A stretch of 32,000 nucleotides of DNA from Promethearchaeia archaeon (GCA_046497275.1 JAWOFX010000080.1:30001-62000); one strand, 5' to 3'; counted from the first letter of the stretch, positions 18,734 to 26,303 are shown. A program made the numbers and translations. The notes: generated by a model from the sequence alone, not told the origin.

Positions 18734-20046
18734 TAAAATTCACCTCCTTTAATAATCTCTGCTGCGCTTGATGCAGCAGCACTCGCCTCGGCCACTGTTT
18801 GTGGGATATCCATAGGTTCATGAGCACATCCACATGTAAAAATGCCTTCTCTTGAAGTCTCTATTGGAAAATAAGGATCTGTCTTGATAAAATCAAAATC
18901 ATCTAATTGAATACTAAGAACATTAGCTAATTCTTGTATTCCTTTTGGTGGAACTATACAAGTAGCTAAAACAACTAAATCAACCTTCAATTTTTGGATT
19001 TCTGAAGTATCAAAATTTTCATAAGTTATAATGGGATTCTCTTTCTTATCTATACTAATTTCAGGAATTTTACTTTTAATATAATTAATATTATATTCAT
19101 TTTCCCCTCTTTCTATAAATTTAGTAAATCCTTTTCCCCCTGCTCTAATATCAATATAAAAAATATAAGATTCAATTTCATTATCGTGTTCATAGGCTAT
19201 CATTGCTTCTTTTGAAGTATACATACAACAAATAGAAGAACAATAATCTTTGTTTCTTTTATCTCTAGATCCAACACACTGAATATATGCTATCTTTTTT
19301 GGCTTCTTTCCATCTGAAAGCCTTTTAATATGCCCTCCTTGGGGTCCAGAAGCACTTAATAATCTTTCGAATTCTAAGGCAGTAATAACATTTCTAAATT
19401 CTTTATAACCATAGTGGTTTAGTGGGATTGAATCTTCTATAACATCATAACCCACAGAAACGATTATAGAGCCAATGTTATCCAATTTTAATATTTCTTC
19501 TTTTTGATCAAAATCTATTGCATCTTTATCACAATTCTTTTCGCATATTCGACACGCTTCTTTTGTGAACCATAAACAATGTTCTGAATCTATAGTCATT
19601 ACAGCTGGAACACCTTGTAGATAATATAAATATATGGCTTTACGGTGTCTTAAACCTCTATCAAATTCATCCTCTACGCGCATTGGACATTTTTCAGCAC
19701 ACTCACCACAATTAATACACGCATCTTCTTTTACATACCGTGGCTTCTTTAAAATTTCAATAGAATAATTTCCCTTCTCTCCATTAATTTTTGTTATTTC
19801 TGAAAGCGTATGGAGAGTAATATTAGGATGTCGATAACATTCAGACAATTTTGGGGCTAAAATGCAGATTGAACAATCATTTGTGGGAAAAGTTTTGTCT
19901 AATTGGGCCATTCTGCCACCAATACAGGGTTGCTTTTCTATTAAATGAACATGAATATTCATATCTGCTAAATCTAAGGCAGATTGAATTCCTCCAATTC
20001 CTCCGCCAACAACAACTACACTTTTAGAATTTTTCAAGGATCTCAC
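18733..20046 (-). CDS. hdrA: HdrA first-module protein (N-terminal half of a split double-module HdrA)
   Basis: GGGIGG, DKTFPTNDCSICIL, inserted ferredoxin, CSSICCMY; lacks the CxC N-terminal domain and the C-terminal ferredoxin. Confidence 0.88.
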   Translation of the reverse strand: MRSLKNSKSVVVVGGGIGGIQSALDLADMNIHVHLIEKQPCIGGRMAQLDKTFPTNDCSICILAPKLSECYRHPNITLHTLSEITKINGEKGNYSIEILKKPRYVKEDACINCGECAEKCPMRVEDEFDRGLRHRKAIYLYYLQGVPAVMTIDSEHCLWFTKEACRICEKNCDKDAIDFDQKEEILKLDNIGSIIVSVGYDVIEDSIPLNHYGYKEFRNVITALEFERLLSASGPQGGHIKRLSDGKKPKKIAYIQCVGSRDKRNKDYCSSICCMYTSKEAMIAYEHDNEIESYIFYIDIRAGGKGFTKFIERGENEYNINYIKSKIPEISIDKKENPIITYENFDTSEIQKLKVDLVVLATCIVPPKGIQELANVLSIQLDDFDFIKTDPYFPIETSREGIFTCGCAHEPMDIPQTVAEASAAASSAAEIIKGGEF

Positions 20047-20086
20047 TTCTCTTTAATTATTTTATTACTTCTTATTGAAAGCCAAT

Positions 20087-20965
20087 TTATTTAAGAAAAT
20101 TGAGTTCTTGCAGTAAAGCAGTAGGTTTAGCTCTATGATAATTGAACCCTAGTTCGTTTGGATTTATCCCAAATGCCAAAGCAACCAATTCGGATAAATA
20201 AAAAATCGGAACATCATAATTAGTTTCATTTAATTTATTTAACTCCCTTTGATTAAAATCAAATTGTTGGTAACACGCGGGACATACTAACGCCACACAA
20301 TTGGCTCCAGAATTAATGATAGATTCAAGTTTGTTCCCAATCATGAGAAGGGATAAATCTTTATCGGATTTATCAACAGGATTGCCACAACATTCTAATT
20401 TCAACTCATATTCTATAGTTTCAGCTCCAAGAGCTTGAATTATGCTGTCTATAGTAAACGGTTCAAAAGGATCATCCCAATCTATTATTTCTGATGGTCT
20501 TAAATAATGGCAACCATAATGCACAGCTACCTTAAACCCATCTAAAGGATTTACAAGATTTTTCTTAATCAATTCTAAATTTTCATATAAAACCTGACCA
20601 AAATGCTTTACACTTGTTAAACCATCATATTCTTTTCCGACTTTTTTTAATATTTTATTAGTCTTTGCCTTGACTTCTTCATCTTTCTTGATATGATAAT
20701 TTACTCCCTTAAGCGTTTCGACACATCCAGAACAAAGCGAAATAATCCCACCGTTTCCATTATTGCTTAAACTTAAGTTTCTAGCCCCCAATGCTAACCA
20801 GGTATTTTGATCAATCTGCTCTATCCCTGTTGGGTCCGGACAACAACTAAACCCATCAACATCATTAAGTTTTATCCCCATCTTGTCAAAAATCTTTCGA
20901 GCAGAAGCCTCAAGGAAAGGAAGCCTGGCTGGGATTACGCATCCCAAAAATAAATCATACTCCAT
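20087..20965 (-). CDS. hdrB: Heterodisulfide reductase subunit B (two CCG domains)
   Basis: FLGC, SCCP, LCSGC, HYGCH, ECCG, VCPAC. ATG at 20965 directly follows the hdrC stop. Confidence 0.93.
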   Translation of the reverse strand: MEYDLFLGCVIPARLPFLEASARKIFDKMGIKLNDVDGFSCCPDPTGIEQIDQNTWLALGARNLSLSNNGNGGIISLCSGCVETLKGVNYHIKKDEEVKAKTNKILKKVGKEYDGLTSVKHFGQVLYENLELIKKNLVNPLDGFKVAVHYGCHYLRPSEIIDWDDPFEPFTIDSIIQALGAETIEYELKLECCGNPVDKSDKDLSLLMIGNKLESIINSGANCVALVCPACYQQFDFNQRELNKLNETNYDVPIFYLSELVALAFGINPNELGFNYHRAKPTALLQELNFLK

Positions 20966-20966
20966 C

Positions 20967-21464
20967 TCATTTCTCACCTAATTTAATTTTATTTTCTATT
21001 CCCGTTTCTTTAAAAATTGGCTCTAATTCCTTCATCTCTGCTGTTTTAATCTCCGGGAGATTCATCTTTTCTCGTCTAGATAAAATAGATTTTGAGAAGG
21101 GGATTGCAATACCTTCGTTAACAATAGCTTGGGCTTGTAATAAAAATGCTTCTGGCAATTTACCTCTCTCAAAGCAACGGTTTTTAATCACGGAAAAGAT
21201 TTCTGTTAATTCTACTTTTTGAGGACATAATTCTAAACATTTTTGACATGTGGAACATAACCACACATTTGGGTTTTGCTCCTCAATTAACTCCTCTTCA
21301 AATCCAAGAAGTGCAAGCTCTATTATTTTCCTTGGATTATATTTTCCTTTAGTCATTAACGCTACAGGGCATCCGCTTGAACACGTAGAACATTGATAAC
21401 AATAACTTAATGACGCATTATACTGCAAAATCTCATTTCTAAATTCAAAATTAATTAAACTCAA
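20967..21464 (-). CDS. hdrC: Heterodisulfide reductase subunit C
   Basis: CYQCSTCSSGCP and WLCSTCQKCLELCP; GGGTGA SD before TTG. Confidence 0.92.
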   Translation of the reverse strand: MSLINFEFRNEILQYNASLSYCYQCSTCSSGCPVALMTKGKYNPRKIIELALLGFEEELIEEQNPNVWLCSTCQKCLELCPQKVELTEIFSVIKNRCFERGKLPEAFLLQAQAIVNEGIAIPFSKSILSRREKMNLPEIKTAEMKELEPIFKETGIENKIKLGEK

Positions 21465-21563
21465 TATTTATCACCCAAATTTACAAATTCTTTTTAAAAA
21501 ATATCTCAATTCTTTCCAACCTTATTATTTTTATTCTTAATTCTTAATTTTTTTAAGAAAATC

Positions 21564-21833
21564 CTATTTTTGACCTAATTGCTTATCAATATCAATGAAT
21601 ATGGGGATTTGTTCCTCATCCTTCTGAATTATCACCTTAAGGATTCCATCTTCGATTTTTGTACTAATTGGCGTTATTTTTTTCGGTTTTGGCTTCCCTG
21701 ATTTTTGTTGTTGCATATTCAAACATGTATGCTCTTCATCATAAAGATTACATCTGGAACAACAAAACCCAATAGGCATATATCCCACTATACTGCACTT
21801 TTCATAATTGTCGCAATTACAATTATTACACAA
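21564..21833 (-). CDS. Small 8-Cys-domain protein, paralog 3
   Basis: MCNNCNCDNYEKCSIVGYMPIGFCCSRCNLYDEEHTC plus a 52-aa tail; GAGGTGA SD; TTG start. Confidence 0.8.
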   Translation of the reverse strand: MCNNCNCDNYEKCSIVGYMPIGFCCSRCNLYDEEHTCLNMQQQKSGKPKPKKITPISTKIEDGILKVIIQKDEEQIPIFIDIDKQLGQK

Positions 21834-21867
21834 CTTCTTGGCCTCACCTCTCTAATTTAAGGAATTT

Positions 21868-22098
21868 TTACGGAAAATTCTCTAAATCTCTGTCGGATAT
21901 TTTTAATTTTTCTAAGAACTTTTGAGCAATTTCAATATCTTCTTTATGATCCTCTATTTTTTTCTGGACTTGCTCTTTTAATCTCTTACAAGTCGTTCCC
22001 TCTTCATAAAAATTACAATTTGGACAACAAAATCCCAAGGGTATATTCCCTACAATTGAACATTGATATTGGTTATCACATTGGCAATAGTTACAAAT
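21868..22098 (-). CDS. Small 8-Cys-domain protein, paralog 2 (not in ORF track; probable ATT start)
   Basis: Manual translation ICNYCQCDNQYQCSIVGNIPLGFCCPNCNFYEEGTTCKRLKEQVQKKIEDHKEDIEIAQKFLEKLKISDRDLENFP* (76 aa), colinear with both neighbours. Confidence 0.75.
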   Translation of the reverse strand: MCNYCQCDNQYQCSIVGNIPLGFCCPNCNFYEEGTTCKRLKEQVQKKIEDHKEDIEIAQKFLEKLKISDRDLENFP

Positions 22099-22120
22099 GA
22101 TACATCACTCAGGTTTTTGA

Positions 22121-22369
22121 TTATGGATATAATTCAACCGATTTTTCTAATCCACTTTCTAATGTTATGCCAGTTTTCACTTGAAATGGCTCGGGAAGAA
22201 CCTCGAACATAACCATTTCTTCCACTTTCGGTTTTATCACTTGGCTTATATAATGTGAACACGTATGCCGCTGGTCGTAATTCACGCATTTCTCACAGCA
22301 CGCGCCGAAATGCAAATGTCCGACTATAGAGCAAAGATAGGAATTTTCACATTCGCAATTATTACACAT
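22121..22369 (-). CDS. Small 8-Cys-domain protein, paralog 1
   Basis: MCNNCECENSYLCSIVGHLHFGACCEKCVNYDQRHTC plus tail. ATG at 22369 after GAGTGA is preferred over GTG 22378. Confidence 0.8.
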   Translation of the reverse strand: MCNNCECENSYLCSIVGHLHFGACCEKCVNYDQRHTCSHYISQVIKPKVEEMVMFEVLPEPFQVKTGITLESGLEKSVELYP

Positions 22370-22397
22370 TTTTTTCACTCTTTTTTTTTTGAGATGT

Positions 22398-22455
22398 TTG
22401 TGATTTTTTTATCACAAGAATCTTAGTGATATATTATTCAAGTCACCTATATAAA
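22398..22455 (-). promoter_or_regulatory. Putative promoter (TATA box) and palindromic operator of the Cys-rich gene trio
   Basis: Minus-strand TTTATATA at 22455-22448; TTGTGAT-N6-ATCACAA palindrome at 22398-22417, overlapping TATCAC-N10-GTGATA at 22410-22431. Confidence 0.45.
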
Positions 22456-22522
22456 TCTAATGATCGGAATCGTGCAAAAGCTCTGTAAAGTGACAAAAAT
22501 CTCTATGAGATCCACGAAAAGG

Positions 22523-22594
22523 AACATAAATCAAAATTCACTATCGAGAAAAAGATAATTATAACAAAAAAAGACCAAAAACTTGCATAATATA
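22523..22594 (+). repeat. 72-bp intergenic direct repeat R1, copy a
   Basis: 66/72 identical, ungapped, to 24652..24723. Confidence 0.85.
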
Positions 22595-22969
22595 GAATTC
22601 CACAACAAATTTAAAATAATATTTAGGAAAATCATAATCTCAGAAGAGTATAATTTTCATTTCACGATAATTATAATGAAAACCATTTTTGAGAATGAAT
22701 ATTTATAAAATGAAATTCATATCCTAAGAAAGAGAAGAATTAGATTTACAATAATTGAGTCTGGAAAAGTGATCGAAATTGATCAACATCTCGGAAAAAT
22801 TATTAAGGTTTAGACCAAAAAAAATTAATTTGAAATATAGGTTATCTTTTGGTTTATTTTAACTATAATTATATCTTTCTTATTAAACAGCCCAGCTCGC
22901 CCTAAAGGGTGATTTATCCGTGATTCATTAAGGCTGAAATATCATAGTTAAAGAATTAATCATTTTAAG

Positions 22970-23379
22970 TTACTTGATAATTTCCTTAAATTCTTGAATT
23001 ATTTTTAGTGTATCCTCTTGAAAGTTTTTTAAATAGGAAAAGATCTTTTCAGAATTGACCTTAATATATTGATGTACTAAAAAATTTCTTAAATTCTTAA
23101 ATTCTTAAATTCTTTAATTAAATCATAGTTTTCAAGTTTTGGCTTTAAAAGTTCAAGGATCGAATCTTCAGATGTCGGAGGTCCTAAGTTAAAAAATTTC
23201 ACTAATTGAATACAAATTTGAATTATTGCTTCTATTATGTTTTGCATATTTCGCTCTATCGCAGCCTGAAGTTTTAAATCTCCGAGGAACACTTCTTTGT
23301 TCTCTGGTGTCCATAGCCCTAATAAATTTAATTGATTTTCAATAAAAGCAATTCTTTGAAGAATTCGTTCATAAGCCAT
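22970..23379 (-). pseudogene. HEPN (DUF86/HepT-like) RNase toxin frameshifted by an 8-bp duplication
   Basis: Removing one GAATTTAA unit gives a 133-aa ORF ending KEFKNLRNFLVHQYIKVNSEKIFSYLKNFQEDTLKIIQEFKEIIK*, with the R-x4-H-x-Y motif restored. Confidence 0.85.
23086..23114. repeat. Tandem 8-bp repeat (TTCTTAAA x3.6) inside the HEPN gene
   Basis: ttcttaaa-ttcttaaa-ttcttaaa-ttctt read directly. Confidence 0.9.
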
Positions 23380-23749
23380 TTTTGACCGGCTCCAAATATA
23401 ATTCATAATATGGTCGGAATGATTCCCATTCTTTTATAATATTAATGAAAATATCAAATATTTGAGAGTAGTCCTTGTAAAATAGAATTTTTCCTTTAAT
23501 CGCCTCTTTCGCGATAATTATAGGCATATCGGTTAGAAAATGCGCATCAAACTTTTCTGGGAACTGTAAAAGATATTTTAAAGATTTGGAATTTGAGTTA
23601 GGCTTTCTAACTATAGCAAGATCGATATCATTATAATTATCAGAATTAAGTGCGCTCCCGTATAAAATGGCAGCTAGAATATCGTCATCTTGCTTTAGTT
23701 CTGTAATTATTCTGTACAATTTTTTTTTATCATTATCAGAGAGATACAT
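23369..23749 (-). CDS. Minimal nucleotidyltransferase (MNT) antitoxin
   Basis: LYGSAL...NDIDL (GS..DxD); its stop overlaps the HEPN ATG; ATG at 23749. Confidence 0.88.
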   Translation of the reverse strand: MYLSDNDKKKLYRIITELKQDDDILAAILYGSALNSDNYNDIDLAIVRKPNSNSKSLKYLLQFPEKFDAHFLTDMPIIIAKEAIKGKILFYKDYSQIFDIFINIIKEWESFRPYYELYLEPVKNGL

Positions 23750-23921
23750 ACCCAATCACAACGTACTTTTTTGCATATATTAATCTGAAAAAGACTCGTG
23801 AAATTTCAATATTAAATATGAGTAAAAACTTAAGTTGATATATATAATCATAAAATGCTCTTATATTTAAAGGATCTATAAAAATGTTTAGAGTTATAAT
23901 TTTCTATTAGGAATTGTAGAA

Positions 23922-24050
23922 ATGGATTCATTAAGGGTTGGCTTTCTTCTACTTACACCTAAATCACTATTTATTTGTCTAACAGCGTTAGGAAAAGCGG
24001 TATGGATTGGTAAAAAAAGAGACTATAAGCTGCCTTTAAGTCCCTACTAA
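23922..24050 (+). other. 42-codon mini-ORF whose 3' end duplicates the 153-aa membrane gene
   Basis: MDSLRVGFLLLTPKSLFICLTALGKAVWIGKKRDYKLPLSPY*, compared with ...WIGKKRDYKLPLSSY* of 25842..26303. Confidence 0.3.
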
Positions 24051-24093
24051 AACTTTTTTATTTGATTTCTCTCTATTTGGATCTTTCAGTTCT
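24003..24093 (+). repeat. ~90-bp direct repeat R2, copy a
   Basis: Matches 26256..26345 with about 4 substitutions and one 1-nt indel. Confidence 0.88.
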
Positions 24094-24188
24094 TGGGGAA
24101 AAAAATATATATTTTATAAATTTAACTGAGAAATAACACGAGACGAATTTAAAATCTTTGAAGAAACAAGTTATAACTACGAAGTTAT

Positions 24189-24608
24189 TTATTTACTAAA
24201 AGATATATTCTTTAACTTTAAGATAAGGAAAGAATTTTTGAAGATTTTTTCGAGGGTATGCAAGGTTATTTTCCTGTTTAAATCGTATGCTACAATGAGA
24301 CAATCATTATAAGAGAGGATGTTTGAATGAGAACATTTTAATTCACCTGCCTTAAACATCAGTGATTTATTAAGAGATACGAGTTTAACTGGCATATTGG
24401 TTAAGAACGATGCGACTCGTATTTCTGCTTGAACTCTTCCCAATAATTTACAGATATGATAATATACTTCAACCATTAAAGGTTAAATAATATGAGCTGT
24501 AAGTTCTTTGCTTTTTATTTTGTTCATTAAATTAAGAATTTCATCAGGGGGACTCTCTGAATAATATTGAGTAATAATCCCCGTATCTATACATACTACG
24601 GTTTTCAC
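24189..24608 (-). pseudogene. vapC: PIN-domain (VapC-like) nuclease with an in-frame TAA
   Basis: GTG 24608 after an AAGGAGAG SD gives VKTVVCIDTGII...HII*PLMVEVYYH...YNDCLI; stop at codon 42 (24483-24485); acidic PIN residues are present. Confidence 0.75.
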
Positions 24609-24651
24609 AAACTCTCCTTCTCTAATTCCTCTTCCCTGATTTTTGAAAAAT

Positions 24652-24723
24652 AACATAAACCAAAATTCATTATCGAGAAAAAGATAATTTTAGCAAAAAA
24701 CGACCAGAAACTTGCATAATATA
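24652..24723 (+). repeat. 72-bp direct repeat R1, copy b
   Basis: See 22523..22594. Confidence 0.85.
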
Positions 24724-24782
24724 TTGAAATTACGGGATTGATTCATGGAATCAGTAGTGGTGTTTTAAATGACAAAGAACAT

Positions 24783-25148
24783 CTAGATTTTTCGAATTCT
24801 TAAGGTTTTTCCATCTGAAACAATGAATTTGTTTTTTATAATGATTTTTTGTGTATTTAATTGGTTAAGAATATGGTGTATTACAGAGAAAATAAATTCC
24901 GATGATTGTGGATGTATTCTAATTAAAATTACTCCATAGGGACGTGTACCCTTACGATATGCCAAATAACCAAAATCCTTATCCATTGTGATAATCGGTC
25001 TCTTATATTTCTTACTTAATTCTATTATTTTTTCATCGTCAATCCCCCTAAAATCTTCTCTAATAGAAAGGATTTCAAAATCTAAGTTTCTTAATCTAAA
25101 TATTACTGAATTTGGAATGTTTTCATCCATTATTAGTTTAAAAGACAT
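24783..25148 (-). CDS. DUF5615 (VapC45-like) PIN-like protein
   Basis: LIMDENIP, DDEKII, IITMDKDFG, GVILIR. Confidence 0.85.
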   Translation of the reverse strand: MSFKLIMDENIPNSVIFRLRNLDFEILSIREDFRGIDDEKIIELSKKYKRPIITMDKDFGYLAYRKGTRPYGVILIRIHPQSSEFIFSVIHHILNQLNTQKIIIKNKFIVSDGKTLRIRKI

Positions 25149-25199
25149 TATAGATTTCTCCTAAATTACATATTACAAAATAAGAGACGACGAATAGTT

Positions 25200-25427
25200 T
25201 TATGGAAAAATTTTAAAAACTTCCTCTTCACGTACTACTTTGGAGGCATATTTAAGAACTGCCAGTATATCTTCTCTTTTAATTTCATATTCTTCTTGGA
25301 TCTGGTTAAAATTCCAACCTGAGGCTAATAATTCCAAAATAAAATCAACAGAAAGACGAGTACCCTTTATGCAAGGTTTTCCCGCACATTTTTTCTCATC
25401 AATAACGATTCTTTCTGGAATATTCAT
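25200..25427 (-). CDS. DUF433 (VapB45-like) putative antitoxin
   Basis: RIVIDEKKCAGKPCIKGTRLSVDFILELLASG...EDILAVLKYA; ATG at 25427. Confidence 0.88.
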   Translation of the reverse strand: MNIPERIVIDEKKCAGKPCIKGTRLSVDFILELLASGWNFNQIQEEYEIKREDILAVLKYASKVVREEEVFKIFP

Positions 25428-25841
25428 ATACTCTAATTGGAAGAACCAAAATAAATAGTTTTCTATTATTTCCAATAAGATTCAATAAGATAAGATATCA
25501 AATGTTCTTAGACTACTCGTTAAATTAGAATTTTTTACTTATAGTCGCATGTTTTTTAGTCTAAATTGGAAAGATTGGTTTCCAAGCTACTAAAGAATCC
25601 ACCATGCAGCTCAAAAACACTTTCATAAGATTCCCTGTATAATATAAATTAATAATAATCTAATCTAATTGAAATATTCCAATTAAAAATCTTGTTAATT
25701 CGATTTAAATCCAAATTTTGAATTGAAAATTAATTAAATCTTTAGAGATCATTCCAAATCGATTTTCTTTTTACAGAAGGATTAAAGGAGTATAAGTAGG
25801 TAAAAACATATAGGAGTGATTCATATTCTTGTAATGAAAAA

Positions 25842-26303
25842 ATGAATGACAATAAGGATGAACATAATTTAAATGAAAAGGGAGAAAAATCTAAGAGGCC
25901 TGAATGGTGGACACCATTTTGGATAGCGATGGGAATTTCAATGATTGGCTCAGGAATTTTTAGTTATTTTTTTTTATCCCGTGATTTTATACGCATTCTT
26001 ATTCTTGAAATTGTTTTTTTGATAGTTTTGGGGCTCGCTTATTATTTTCGCGTTAATCCCTCAAAGAAAGCAAATAAAATTGCATATATTTTATTGGGAA
26101 TCACTCCTATTGGATTTGGTTTATGGGTGGTTTATGCTGTCTTTTGTGGGCTAACAAATTTTTGCCATTTTCTAAACAATTTAGAGCCCTATGGATTTCT
26201 GATTAATTTAACTTTTCAACTACTTCTTTATGTGGTGGGAGGATTTATTGGAAATTGGATTGGTAAAAAAAGAGACTATAAACTGCCTTTAAGTTCCTAT
26301 TAA
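25842..26303 (+). CDS. Hypothetical integral membrane protein (~4 TM)
   Basis: Four hydrophobic segments and a charged N-terminus. Confidence 0.75.
   Translation: MNDNKDEHNLNEKGEKSKRPEWWTPFWIAMGISMIGSGIFSYFFLSRDFIRILILEIVFLIVLGLAYYFRVNPSKKANKIAYILLGITPIGFGLWVVYAVFCGLTNFCHFLNNLEPYGFLINLTFQLLLYVVGGFIGNWIGKKRDYKLPLSSY

Noticed and set aside
18733-18750. Frameshift or readthrough fusing the split hdrA halves
   Set aside because: A perfect SD overlaps the junction, no slippery site is evident, and an in-frame TGA precedes the downstream frame; independent initiation is simpler.
9017-21464. Selenocysteine forms of HdrA/MvhD and a SECIS element
   Set aside because: All ligand positions are Cys codons with no in-frame TGA inside conserved domains. 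The AUGA-containing hairpin near 22900 lacks SECIS helix II pairing.
4921-21464. Evidence of methanogenesis
   Set aside because: Hdr/Flx modules are widespread in non-methanogens, and no mcr or mtr genes are in the window.
22398-22417. CRP or Rex binding site
   Set aside because: The spacing is TGTGA-N8-TCACA (20-bp palindrome), not the CRP N6 spacing or the 18-bp Rex box, so it is kept only as an unassigned palindrome.
22690-22815. Short plus-strand stretch FTIIESGKVIEIDQHLGKIIKV*
   Set aside because: It has no start or SD and is too short to assign as a gene or remnant.
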